From the NCBI GenBank assembly GCA_002269645.1, contig NIVC01000158.1:124001-188000 (forward strand): 64,000 nt of DNA, given 5' to 3'. The position numbers and the translations under genes are program-made. The notes beneath the pieces were generated by a model. That model worked only from the letters and a program-made list of their open reading frames with translations, was not told the origin of the DNA and ran no database searches. The stretch is from Macrostomum lignano (taxonomy: Eukaryota). How positions within the stretch are numbered: position 1 is the stretch's first letter; each line of letters begins with the position of its first letter. This document shows, piece after piece, positions 36,645 through 49,109 of this stretch.

Positions 36645-37130
36645 TGAGTTAGAGGGAGAGTTTGATGTGATGTCTGGTAGAGTTAGAGGGAGAGTTTGAT
36701 GTGATGTCTGGTACAGTTAGAGGGAGAGTTTGCTGTGATGTCTGGTAGAGTTAGAGGGAGAGTTTGATGTGATGTCTGGTAGAGTTAGAGGGAGAGTTTG
36801 ATGTGATGTCTGGTAGAGTTAGAGGGAGAGTTTGCTGTGATGTCTGGTAGAGTTAGAGGGAGAGTTTGATGTGATGTCTGGTAGAGTTAGAGGGAGAGTT
36901 TGCTGTGATGTCTGGTACAGTTAGAGGGAGAGTTTGCTGTGATGTCTGGTAGAGTTAGAGGGAGAGTTTGATGTGATGTCTGGTAGAGTTAGAGGGAGAG
37001 TTTGCTGTGATGTCTGGTAGAGTTAGAGGGAGAGTTTGCTGTGATGTCTGGTAGAGTTAGAGGGAGAGTTTGATGTGATGTCTGGTAGAGTTAGAGGGAG
37101 AGTTTGCTGTGATGTCTGGTAGAGTTAGAG
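36645..37130. repeat. 34-bp minisatellite (GAGTTAGAGGGAGAGTTTGATGTGATGTCTGGTA); copy 2 at 48584-49068
   Basis: About 14 units, starting at the exon 4 donor. Confidence 0.95.
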
Positions 37131-37171
37131 CGGGACTTTTATTTCTGGTAGAGTGGCAGGAAGTGTTTCAC

Positions 37172-37485
37172 AGGGGTCCAGTAGAGTGTGTAGGATTTCA
37201 AATCTCACGACTTGGAAGTCGGGGGTTCGATTCCCGGTCCCACTCGAAACAATTTGTGTCCCTGAGCAAGACACTTAACTTTGCATTGCTTCAGTTCAGC
37301 CAGCTGTAAAATGGGTGCCAGCATTAGCTGGGGTAATTCAAGGTGTGTGTGGCGATGGCGACCCCCCCCCCCCCAGTCCTTGGACTGAACAGCCGTACGC
37401 AGCCTTCAGATGCGCCACGCAATAGCTGCGGCTGAGCTGTCGGTTGCACATCTGGCCCAATTGGGGCAGGTGTAATCAATAATTA
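37172..37485 (+). mobile_element. tRNA-derived CORE-SINE
   Basis: B box GGTTCGATTCC 37224-37234, followed by TGTGTCCCTGAGCAAGACACTTAAC..CAGCTGTAAAATGGG (MIR-type CORE). Confidence 0.85.
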
Positions 37486-37589
37486 TTTTTATTGCTGGTA
37501 GATTAGAGCGGACAGTTGAATAGGGCGTTTGGTTTGGCAGTCTCTAAAAGTTGGGTATAGTGTATGGTAGAGTCTCGTGGAGTTGGATT

Positions 37590-37865
37590 GGTTGTCTGGT
37601 TGACTGGCGAGTTGGTTGTCTGGTAGAGTGGCGAGTTGGTTGTCTGGTAGAGTGGCGAGTTGGTTGTCTGGTAGAGTGGCAAGTTGGGTGTCGGGTAGAG
37701 TGGTAGAGTGGCGAGTTGGTTGTCTGGTAGAGTGGCGAGTTGGGTGTCTGGTAGAGTGGCGAGTTGGTTGTCTGGTAGAGTGGCGAGTTGGTTGTCTGGT
37801 AGAGTGGCGAGTTGGTTGTCTGGTAGAGTGGCGAGTTGGTTGTCTGGTAGAGTGGCGAGTTGGTT
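37590..37865. repeat. 24-bp minisatellite (GGCGAGTTGGTTGTCTGGTAGAGT); copy 2 at 49527-49800
   Basis: Tandem units sharing GTCTGGTAGAGT with the 34-bp array. Confidence 0.93.
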
Positions 37866-37911
37866 AGTTACCCGTACTCCTACCGCATGGTGTACTCGCG
37901 CTCCACCGCAG

Positions 37912-38233
37912 GCACCAGTCGGCAACATCAAAGGACAGCGGCGATGCCGGCAGCAGCCCCGCGACCCCACTGGCCGCCCTGGTGTTCGTCGGCGGCCCGC
38001 CCAGGCCGGTGGAATTTCGCAGTCGCCAGCGTCAGAGTCGCGGGCAGCAGCGGAGGCTGCACCTGGCGGCGACGTGGCACGGTGGCCTGCTGGTGGCCGA
38101 AGGCTCGGCCGTCAGCGACTGGGCCGTCCGGCTGCCTGCCTTCGCTGCTGACGGGGACTCGCGTGCTGCTGCTGCTGCTGATCAGGCAGCCCAAGCACTG
38201 TTTATGCTGCTTTTTGTGCGCTCAGAGGAGCAG
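37912..38233 (+). CDS. RSB-motif protein copy 1 exon 5 (downstream exons unresolved)
   Basis: CCGCAG acceptor at 37911 (phase 2) and CAG|GTGAGT donor at 38234 (phase 0). Exons 1-5 join into 535 uninterrupted codons. Confidence 0.72.
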
Positions 38234-38269
38234 GTGAGTGAGCTGGCTGATTGACAGCTCGAATCAATC

Positions 38270-38890
38270 ATTTGGCTGTCTGTCTGTTTTGTGTTACTGA
38301 TGCTGTCTGTCTGTTTTTTGTTACTGAGGCTGTCTGTTTTGTGTTACTGATGCTGTCTGTCTGTTTTGTGTTACTGAGGCTGTCTGTCTGTTTTGTGTTA
38401 CTGAGGCTGTCTGTCTGTTTTGTGTTACTGATGCTGTCTGTCTGTTTTGTGTTACTGAGGCTGTCTGTCTGTTTTTTGTTACTGAGGCTGTCTGTTTTGT
38501 GTTACTGATGCTGTCTGTCTGTTTTTTGTTACTGAGGCTGTCTGTCTGTTTTGTGTTACAGATGCTGTCTGTCTGTTTTGTGTTACTGATGCTGTCTGTC
38601 TGTTTTGTGTTACAGATGCTGTCTGCTTTGTGTTACTGATGCTGTCTGTATGTTTTGTGTTCTGAGGCTGTCTGTCTGTTTTCTGTTACTGATGCTGTCT
38701 GCTTTGTGTTACTGAGGCTGTCTGCTTTGTGTTACAGATGCTGTCTGCTTTGTGTTACTGAGGCTGTCTGTCTGTTTTCTGTTACTGATGCTGTCTGCTT
38801 TGTGTTACTGAGGCTGTCTGCTTTGTGTTACAGATGCTGTCTGCTTTGTGTTACTGAGGCTGTCTGTCTGTTTTCTGTTACTGATGCTGT
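38270..38890. repeat. 27-bp minisatellite (TGCTGTCTGTCTGTTTTGTGTTACTGA); copy 2 at 50200-51412
   Basis: 23- and 27-bp units. Copy 2 is about twice as long. Confidence 0.95.
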
Positions 38891-39282
38891 TCTGTTAATT
38901 AAAATAATTTCATTTTTAGTTAGTGAGTGACCTTTTTAGTTAGTGAGTAATAGTAGATTTCACGCCCCTGGAAATCTAGGCACGACATTCGCTAGGATTT
39001 CCCCGCGGAATTTTTCATAAACTTCTCTCTGTTATCTATCTGTTTGCTAGGTCATTAATTTGTCTCTACCAGCTGACTTTGTGCTTATTTTATAATGCGC
39101 TTTTTCTGCACAGTGCACTCCCTGCCCTATCAGGGGGTCACTTTCACATTTGAGTAAACAAAAACATTTATGTACAGCTGAGAATCTCACTGCACTTTTC
39201 CTGGTCACCTGTGCGGCTGGGCGGCTGGCTTATACTCTCTTACTTAGTTGATTGTGCCAGTCTGCGCCTGTGTCTACTGTCC

Positions 39283-39925
39283 TCTCCCCTTTCTCTCCCT
39301 TCCTCTCTCCCCTTTCTCTCCCTTCCTCTCTCCCCTTTCTCTCCCTTCCTCTCTCCCTTTCTCTCCCTTCCTCTCTCCCCTTTCTCTCCCTTCCTCTCTC
39401 CCCTTTCTCTCCCTTCCTCTCTCCCCTTTCTCTCCCTTCCTCTCTCCCCTTTCTCTCCCTTCCTCTCTCCCCTTTCTCTCCCTTCCTCTCTCCCCTTTCT
39501 CTCCCTTCCTCTCTCCCCTTTCTCTCCCTTCCTCTCTCCCCTTTCTCTCCCTTCCTCTCTCCCTTTCTCTCCCTTCCTCTCTCCCCTTTCTCTCCCTTCC
39601 TCTCTCCCCTTTCTCCCTCCCCTTTCTCTCCCTTCCTCTCTCCCCTTTCTTCCTCCCCTTTCTCTCCCTTCCTCTCTCCCCTTTCTCTCCCTTCCTCTCT
39701 CCCCTTTCTCTCCCTTCCTCTCTCCCCTTTCTCTCCGTTCCTCTCTCCCCTTTCTCTCCGTTCCTCTCTCCCCTTTCTCTCCCTTCCTCTCTCCCCTTTC
39801 TCTCCGTTCCTCTCTCCCCTTTCTTTCCCTTCCTCTCTCCCCTTTCTCTCCCTTCCTCTCTCCCCCTTTCTCTCCCTTCCTCCCTCCCCTTTCTCTCCCT
39901 TCCTCTCTCCCCTTTCTCTCCCTTC
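39283..39925. repeat. 23-bp polypyrimidine minisatellite (CTCTCTCCCCTTTCTCTCCCTTC); copy 2 at 51802-52722
   Basis: Almost pure C/T on the plus strand. Confidence 0.96.
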
Positions 39926-40025
39926 CTTATTTATCCCCGGTACCTTAATCCTCCCATACGCTTCCAGTCTTCAACCTCATCTTAATTTTCTGTTTCATCT
40001 TTTCGTTTAATATACTCGTATTATA

Positions 40026-40075
<50 letters not shown>

Positions 40076-40677
40076 GGCTATTATTCCACAAAAATACCGC
40101 TTAAAAGAGAAATAAATCATTTTTCACTTTCTCCCCCTGCTTCAATTATTTTGCAGAATGAGAGTCGAGTTTAAGCCGGAGAGTATATAAACTGAGGACG
40201 AGCCTGCTGCAATCAATGCATTTCTACCTGTCTATTGACCAGTCAGCCGCCGCTGTGTGCACTCGCGCTTTTCATGTTTAGTTATAATTGCGTCGCATCT
40301 GCTATCCGCGAGCCGGTCCGGCGCCCCAATCACTGGAAATTGGGCAATTATGATTTCATTTTTGTCTTGTTGTTTCGATTGAAAATTTTCTTCTCAATTC
40401 CTCTTCCATTTTTTCCTTTGAGCCTTTTTTCCCTATGGCCAATCTAGAAGCAAAGGGAACTGTGGATTTAATAAGTCTGTTGTTTGTTTGAAAAAATTGG
40501 AGGTTTTCACAAGACCTAAACTTCCCAACGCCTAAAATCAAATTCAGCACCCCAATTCACGTCACCTAAATTTCATAGGACCTAAATTTAACATCGCCTA
40601 AAAGTTTTAAGCTTTCACTTTGATAGCGTCTAGGCTTTCGTTATTTTTAAGCATTAGCGTTAGAATAAAAAAATTAG

Positions 40678-41515
40678 ATGAAGTTTTAGGTCTCGTAAAG
40701 TTTAGGTTTCATTAAGTTTTGTGCTTAGGTCTAATGAAGTTTAGGTCTCATGAAGTTTAGGTCTCATAAAGTTTAAGTCTCATGAAGTTTAGGTCTCATG
40801 AAGTTTTAGGTCTCATGAAGTTTAGGTCTCATGAAGTTTTAGGTCTCATGAAGTTTAGGTCTAATGAAGTTTAGGTCTCATGAAGTTTAGGTCTCATAAA
40901 GTTTTAGGTCTCATGAAGTTTAGGTCTAATAAAGTTTAGGCTTCATGAAGTTTAAGTCTCATGAAGTTTAGGTCTCATGAAGTTTTAGGTCTCATGAAGT
41001 TTAGGTCTAATGAAGTTTAGGTCTCATGAAGTTTAGGTCTCATGAAGTTTAGGTCTCATGAAGTTTAGGTCTCATGAAGTTTTAGGTCTCATGAAGTTTA
41101 GGTCTCATGAAGTTTAGGTCTCATGAAGTTTAGGTCTCATGAAGTTTAGGTCTCATGAAGTTTAGGTCTCATGAAGTTTAGGTCTCATGAAGTTTAGGTC
41201 TCATGAAGTTTTAGGTCTCATGAAGTTTAGGTCTAATAAAGTTTTAGGTCTCATGAAGTTTAGGTCTAATAAAGTTTAGGCTTCATGAAGTTTAGGTCTC
41301 ATGAAGTTTAGGTCTCATGAAGTTTTAGGTCTAATGAAGTTTAGGTCTAATGAAGTTTAGGTCTCATGAAGTTTAGGTCTCATGAAGTTTAGGTCTTATG
41401 AAGTTTAGGTCTTATGAAGTTTAGGTCTTATGAAGTTTAGGTCTCATGAAGTTTAGGTCTCATGAAGTTTAGGCTTCATGAAGTTTAAGTCTCATGAAGT
41501 TTTAAGTCTCATTAA
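40678..41515. repeat. 16-bp minisatellite (TCATGAAGTTTAGGTC); copy 2 at 53425-54030
   Basis: Tandem 16/17-bp units. Confidence 0.95.
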
Positions 41516-42289
41516 ATTGGATTTTTTAACCTTTATGCGATGCGAATTTAAGTCTTATGAAGTTTAGTAGGCGTTGTGAAAGATTGTGCTTTAGACGAAG
41601 TGAATTTTGTGTCCTGTGAAAGCGACAATTTCCCATTTAGGTAAATATTTTTCTAATAATGTCAGTCAAATTTTATCATTTTTATCAAAATGCAATCAAG
41701 TTCTGCTAAATATATATACGATTTACAAGTACAATTCGATGTAGATATATATATGTAAGTTTTCTGTTGATAAATAAAAATTTTCGTTTATACAGTTTTA
41801 GCGCCTGTTGTTTTGTTTGGGTCAACTACATGTAGAATCTGGTGGCCAGCTCACTCGCAGCTGTCAGATACAGCTTTTTAGGCTAGCTGCTGAAGTGCTT
41901 CCCTCGGCTGCGTTGTAAATCACACAAGTCACGTGCTTCGATAGATTCACTCTCTATCTAACCATTAAGAGTGCGCGGGGTTCAGGCTGGCTTTATAAGC
42001 TGCTGCTGCAATTTAGTCTATTATATAAAGAAGCCATACAGCCTATACAGTTTATACATACTTCATATAGAGCGTTTCTATTTTTATATCAGGCCGTAGT
42101 GTTTATTTGAGTTTCGCGGTCCGGGCTCCCATATCACGCGGGGGCCGCGTGACCGCTTTTAAATTGACTGGACTGCTCCCTCTCCTTTGCTTTAATCTGC
42201 AGTTTTGAATTTTGATTTAATAATATTGTGTATGTAGTTAATTCTAACACTTAAGCACTTCTTTAACTGTTTGTGGCGCAAATTCTGGG

Positions 42290-43906
42290 AACCGCCGGCC
42301 GCCCCTTATATGCCCTGGGAACCGCCTCTTATCCGCTTGCAACTCCGCCTCTTATCCGCTCTGTTAACCGCCCCTTATCCGCCTTTAAAACCGCCCCTTA
42401 TCCCCCCTGTTAACCGCCCCTTATCCGCCTTTAAAAACGCCCCTTATCCGCCCTGTTAACCGCCCCGTATCCGCCCTGTTAACCGCCCCTTATCCGCCTT
42501 TAAAACCGCCCCTTATCCCCCCTGTTAACCGCCCCTTATCCGCCTTTAAAACCGCCCCTTATCCGCCCTGTTAACCGCCCCGTATCCGCCCTGTTAACCG
42601 CCCCTTATCCGCCCTGTTAACCGCCCCGTATCCGCCCTGTTAACCGCCCCTTATCCGCCTTTAAAACCGCCCCTTATCCGCCCTGTTAACCGCCCCTTAT
42701 CCGCCTTTAAAACCGCCCCTTATCCGCCCTGTTAACTGCCCTTTATCCGCCTTTAAAACCGCCCCTTATCCGCCCTGTTAACCGCCCCTTATCCGCCTTT
42801 AAAACCGCCCCTTATCCCCCTGTTAACCGCCCTTTATCCGCCTTTAAAACCGCCCCTTATCCGCCCTGTTAACCGCCCCTTATCCGCCTTTAAAACCGCC
42901 CCGTATCAGCCCTGTTAACCGCCCCTTATCCGCCTTTAAAACCGCCCCTTATCCGCCTTTAAAACCGCCCCTTATCCGCCCTGTTAACCGCCCCTTATCC
43001 GCCCTGTTAACCGCCCCTTATCCGCCCTGTTAACCGCCCTTTATCCGCCTTTAAAACCGCCCCTTATCCCCCCTGTTAACCGCCCTTTATCCGCCTTTAA
43101 AACCGCCCCTTATCCGCCCTGTTAACCGCCCTTTATCCGCCTTTAAAACCGCCCCTTATCAGCCCTGTTAACCGCCCCTTATCCGCCCTGTTAACCGCCC
43201 TTTATCCGCCTTTAAAACCGCCCCTTATCCGCCCTGTTAACCGCCCCTTATCCGCCTTTAAAAACCGCCCCTTATCAGCCCTGCTAACCGCCCCTTATCC
43301 GCCTTTAAAACCGCCCCTTATCCGCCTTTAAAACCGCCCCTTATCCACCTTTGAAACCGCCCCTTATCCGCCTTTAAAACCGCCCCTTATCCGCCCTGTT
43401 AACCGCCCCTTATCCGCCCTGTTAACCGCCCCTTATCCGCCCTGTTAACTGCCCTTTATGCGCCTTTAAAACCACCCCTATCCGCCCTGTTAACCGCCCC
43501 TTATCCGCCCTGTTAACTGCCCTTTATGCGCCTTTAAAACCACCCCTTATCCGCCCTGTTAACCGCCCCTTATCCGCCCTGTTAACCGCCCCTTATCCGC
43601 CCTGTTAACCGCCCCTTATCCGCCCTGTTAACTGCCTTTTATCCGGCTTTAAAACCGCCCCTTATCCGCCCTGTTAACCGCCCCTTATCCGCCTTTAAAA
43701 CCGCCCCTTATCAGCCCTGTTAACCGCCCCTTATCCGCCTTTAAAACCGCCTCTTATCCGCCCTGTTAACCGCCCCTTATCCGCCCTGTTAACCGCCCCT
43801 TATCCGCCTTTAAAACCGCCCCTTATCCGCCCTGTTAACCGCCCCTTATCCGCCCTGTTAACCGCCCCTTATCCGCCCTGTTAACTGCCCTTTATGCGCC
43901 TTTAAA
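42290..43906. repeat. 23-bp GC-box minisatellite (TTATCCGCCCTGTTAACCGCCCC / TTATCCGCCTTTAAAACCGCCCC), copy 1
   Basis: Two interspersed unit types, truncated at the duplication junction. Confidence 0.96.
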
Positions 43907-44174
43907 CCTTAACTCTTTCCTGACCCAGCAGGTCTAGTTGTTTTTCTATTAATCTATTTGAGCTCATTAGAATTTTTCTCTTGTAATTTTGATTTTGATT
44001 TTGTAAGACTGTCAGATTTCCAATAAATTTTCAACAGAAAGATCTGCTAATATTGATAGATTTTTTCACTTATTTATTAACTGATTGCTTGCGACTTCTA
44101 TAGTTTCCTTACTACAAGCTAGCTGCTATTGATGGTGTTTAGATTAGCAATCCGCCCCATCTCAGCTCAACAGC

Positions 44175-44439
44175 ATGATCAGCTCAATCGATGAAGCCAA
44201 ATGTGTTAAACAAGAGAAGCCGTCTGAGACAGAAGAAGAAATTGATGAAGCGTCGTTTCACACGGCCAACTGCCAGCCTCCTGACAGCTCTTGCGACGGC
44301 GGCGGCGGATGGAGCCGGCTGAGCCTGCACGAGGATGAGGCTGGCGAGGAGAAGCTCATCTATTCAGATGCTGAGGACAATGAAGAGGAGCTGGCTGCGG
44401 CTTCTGCTCGGAGGAAGCGGACGGCGCTGCGGCCCACGG
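44175..44439 (+). CDS. RSB-motif protein copy 2 exon 1
   Basis: Duplicate of 33887-34151 with 6 substitutions (4 synonymous, plus A>P and D>G). Confidence 0.68.
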
Positions 44440-44499
44440 GTGAGACAGGCGCTAGGACAGGCACTAAGACAGACGCTAGGACAGGCACTAAGACAGACA

Positions 44500-44660
44500 C
44501 TAAGACAGGCAGACAGACAGACAGACAGATAGACAGGCAGACACTAAGATAAACAGGCAGACAGACACACACACAAACAGATACACACACAGACAGACAC
44601 ACACACAGACAGACACACACACAGACAGACAGGCAGACAGACAGAGACAGACAAACAGAC

Positions 44661-44723
<63 letters not shown>

Positions 44724-45469
44724 TAGATAGATGGACGGACGGACGGACAGGCGAACAGACAGACAGATAGATAGATGGACGGACGGACAGGCGGACAGAC
44801 AGACAGATAGATAGATGGACGGACGGACAGGCGGACAGACAGACAGATAGATAGATGGACGGACGGACAGGCGGACAGACAGATAGATAGATGGACGGAC
44901 GGACAGGCGGACAGACAGACAGATAGATAGATGGACGGACGGACGGACAGGCGGACAGACAGACAGATAGATAGATGGACGGACGGACAGGCGGACAGAC
45001 AGACAGATAGATAGATGGACGGACGGACAGGCGGACAGACAGACAGACAGATAGATGGACGGACGGACGGACAGGCGGACAGACAGACAGATAGATAGAT
45101 GGACGGACGGACAGGCGGACAGACAGACAGACAGATAGATGGACGGACGGACAGGCGGACAGACAGACAGACAGATAGATGGACGGACGGACAGGCGGAC
45201 AGACAGACAGACAGATAGATGGACGGACGGACAGGCGGACAGACAGACAGACAGACAGATGGACGGACGGACAGGCGGACAGACAGACAGACAGACAGAC
45301 AGACAGATAGATAGATGGACGGACGGACGGACAGGCGGACAGACAGACAGATAGATAGATGGACGGACGGACGGACAGGCGGACAGACAGACAGATAGAT
45401 AGATGGACGGACGGACGGACAGGCGGACAGACAGACAGATAGATAGATGGACGGACGGACGGACAGGCG

Positions 45470-45503
<34 letters not shown>

Positions 45504-45673
45504 TAGATGGACGGACGGACAGGCGGACAGACAGACAGACAGACAGACAGACAGATAGATAGATGGACGGACGGACGGACAGGCGGACAGACAGACAGAT
45601 AGATAGATGGACGGACGGACGGACAGGCGGACAGACAGACAGATAGATAGATGGACGGACGGACGGACAGGCG

Positions 45674-45735
<62 letters not shown>

Positions 45736-45897
45736 TTGATAGATGGACGGACGGACGGACAGGCGGACAGACAGACAGATAGATAGATGGACGGACGGAC
45801 GGACAGGCGGACAGACAGACAGATAGATAGATGGACGGACGGACGGACAGGCGGACAGACAGACAGATAGATAGATGGACGGACGGACGGACAGGCG

Positions 45898-45931
<34 letters not shown>

Positions 45932-46101
45932 TAGATGGACGGACGGACAGGCGGACAGACAGACAGACAGACAGACAGACAGATAGATAGATGGACGGAC
46001 GGACGGACAGGCGGACAGACAGACAGATAGATAGATGGACGGACGGACGGACAGGCGGACAGACAGACAGATAGATAGATGGACGGACGGACGGACAGGC
46101 G

Positions 46102-46147
<46 letters not shown>

Positions 46148-46397
46148 TAGATAGATGGACGGACGGACGGACAGGCGGACAGACAGACAGATAGATAGAT
46201 GGACGGACGGACGGACAGGCGGACAGACAGACAGATAGATAGATGGACGGACGGACGGACAGGCGGACAGACAGACAGATAGATAGATGGACGGACGGAC
46301 GGACAGGCGGACAGACAGACAGATAGATAGATGGACGGACGGACGGACAGGCGGACAGACAGACAGATAGATAGATGGACGGACGGACGGACAGGCG

Positions 46398-46443
<46 letters not shown>

Positions 46444-46530
46444 TAGATAGATGGACGGACGGACGGACAGGCGGACAGACAGACAGACAGACAGACAGAT
46501 AGATAGATGGACGGACAGACAGACAGGAGC
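44500..46530. repeat. Composite (CAGA)n/GGAC/GATA array, copy 2 (about 5-fold expanded)
   Basis: Orthologous position, expanded through ~36-40 bp GATAGATAGATGGACGGAC..AGGCGGACAGAC units. Confidence 0.95.
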
Positions 46531-46643
46531 AGAACGGATATGCATGAACACTTAACTTTCGCTATTCTTACCGAAGTCTTGCCCTTGCATCACGGCCCTC
46601 GCATACCCCAATACAATGACTTAAAATATTCGTCCCTTTGCAG

Positions 46644-46759
46644 AAAACGGCGCACCCCCAGCCGGTGTCGAGCCGGCGCCAAAAAAGAAGCGCTCCCGCG
46701 CCTGGGGCCTGACGAAACCGGCCGTTGTGCCCGTTGTCATCACCGCTAGCGTTATCAAT
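46644..46759 (+). CDS. RSB-motif protein copy 2 exon 2
   Basis: Appears identical to 34670-34785, including the splice sites. Confidence 0.68.
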
Positions 46760-46871
46760 GTAAATCGAAAGAATAATATACTCCTACTTTCCTACTGTAA
46801 TCGGCTAGCATAGTAGCAAGTAGGGTGTTTGGACTGATAAAATTATTGCATCTATGTAATTGTATTTCTAG

Positions 46872-47267
46872 GAAATGCTGCCGAATCAGACAGAGCCGCC
46901 GGCGACTGACTGCAAAGACTCGCCGCCCGTCGTCGATTCCATCGACGTCGACGTCGCCAACAAAGACGAAGGCGAAGCCGCATCGGAGCTTGAGGACGGC
47001 GAAGTGTCGCCTACCAATAACAACAGTAATAGCAATCACAATAACTCTATGACTAGCCAGAAGAAATGGTTGCCCACTGTACTCGCCGAATCACGTGATC
47101 AAACGGACAGACCGAAAGATCAGTTGGGCACTCAGCCTGCCACCGCTTCTGTTGATGCTGAACAGTCGCTAGGCCGACTGAGTCAATTTCGTAGGACCGT
47201 CACTCGGCCGTGCATTTTCTGGTGCCTGGCGAAGCCTGCGGATCTCTCAGAAAAATTGAAGAAGGAT
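46872..47267 (+). CDS. RSB-motif protein copy 2 exon 3
   Basis: Same translation as 34898-35293, with splice sites intact. Confidence 0.72.
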
Positions 47268-48076
47268 GTGAGAATGTTTAGTCTCTAATGTGTACATGAT
47301 CTCATGAGCTATGACTAACTGGATTCTTGTATGACCTCATCTCATCTCTGACTGACTGGATTCTTGTATGACCTCATCAGCTATGACTGAATGGATTCTT
47401 GTATGACCTCATCAGCTATGATCAACTGGATTCTTGTATGAGCTCATCAGCTATGACTGACTGGATTCTTGTATGACCTTATCAGCTATGACAGACTGGA
47501 TTCTTGTATGACCTCATCAGCTATGATAACTGGATTCTTGTATGAGCTCATCATCTATGACTGACTGGATTCTTGTATGACCTCATCATCTATGACTGAC
47601 TGGATTCTTGTATGACCTCATCAGCTATGATAACTGGATTCTTGTATGACCTCATCAGCTATGACTGACTGGATTCTTGTATGACCTCATCAGCTATGAT
47701 CAACTGGATTCTTGTATGACCTCATCAGCTATGATCAACTGGATTCTTGTATGAGCTCATCAGCTATGACTGACTGGATTCTTGTATGACCTTATCAGCT
47801 ATGACAGACTGGATTCTTGCATGACCTCATCAGCTATGATCAACTGGATTCTTGTATGACCTCATCAGCTATGACAGACTGGATTCTTGCATGACCTCAT
47901 CAGCTATGATCAACTGGATTCTTGTATGACCTTATCAGCTATGACAGACTGGATTCTTGCATGACCTCATCAGCTATGATCAACTGGATTCTTGTATGAG
48001 CTCATCAGCTATGACTGAGCCCAGATTCTCCATAAGCCGTACAAATTCAGCCATCCGCCCCATCCTGGCACCGCAG

Positions 48077-48582
48077 CTGGCGGCTCCGCTTGCCCCGCCT
48101 CCGCCGCCGGACCCCTACGAGTCGGTCTTCGACGTGGCCGCCCTGGAAGCCGCCGCTGGCGTCGAGCAGCTCCGACGCGACCGTCGCCGGCTGCACCCGA
48201 ACTCGCGCCCGTTCCCGCCGGACTTCGAGGCCACCGGCGGCCGGCTGCCGCTGCCACTCGACCATTCCTCAGGCGTCGACATTGCCGACAATGGTCGGAG
48301 ACGCCGACAACAGGCTCCGGCAGTGCTGCATCATTTTCCGCGCTGTATGAAGCCGTTCGAAGCGGATGAGTTGCATCAAGAATTGAGCAGTAGCAATTGC
48401 ATGCCGAGGGCTGCATCCGATGATGATGAGGCTGCGGTGAAGCTGAACTGGCTGGACGACAGCAGCCGCTGGCCGGACGCTCTGGACAAGCTGCGCCGAC
48501 AGCTGGCCGCCCTGTTGAAGGTGCCGTTCGCTCGGACCGCTGTTGCTAGGCTGGAAAGACCGTCTGACTGCACCGACTGGTG
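48077..48582 (+). CDS. RSB-motif protein copy 2 exon 4
   Basis: Same translation as 36138-36643, with splice sites intact. Confidence 0.66.
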
Positions 48583-49109
48583 GTGAGTTAGAGGGAGAGT
48601 TTGATGTGATGTCTGGTAGAGTTAGAGGGAGAGTTTGATGTGATGTCTGGTACAGTTAGAGGGAGAGTTTGCTGTGATGTCTGGTAGAGTTAGAGGGAGA
48701 GTTTGATGTGATGTCTGGTAGAGTTAGAGGGAGAGTTTGATGTGATGTCTGGTAGAGTTAGAGGGAGAGTTTGCTGTGATGTCTGGTAGAGTTAGAGGGA
48801 GAGTTTGATGTGATGTCTGGTAGAGTTAGAGGGAGAGTTTGCTGTGATGTCTGGTACAGTTAGAGGAGAGTTTGCTGTGATGTCTGGTAGAGTTAGAGGG
48901 AGAGTTTGATGTGATGTCTGGTAGAGTTAGAGGGAGAGTTTGCTGTGATGTCTGGTAGAGTTAGAGGGAGAGTTTGCTGTGATGTCTGGTAGAGTTAGAG
49001 GGAGAGTTTGATGTGATGTCTGGTAGAGTTAGAGGGAGAGTTTGCTGTGATGTCTGGTAGAGTTAGAGCGGGACTTTTATTTCTGGTAGAGTGGCAGGAA
49101 GTGTTTCAC

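Larger units (their letters stand above)
33603..43906 (+). repeat. Tandem segmental duplication unit 1 (~10.3 kb)
   Basis: TCTTTCCTGACCCAGCAG at 33603 recurs at 43914. Exons, SINE and all arrays recur in the same order. The unit ends inside the 23-bp GC array. Confidence 0.95.

Noticed and set aside
33887-38233. Calling the duplicated gene Acinus, ZFC3H1 or ZCCHC8
   Set aside because: Only short motifs match. No RRM, SAP, zinc finger or PSP domain is visible in the assembled exons.
42290-43906. Resemblance of the unit (GCGGATAA, TAACAGGG) to lac operator or I-SceI sites, suggesting vector DNA
   Set aside because: The matches are only 8 bp, within a variant-rich native array with no other vector sequence.
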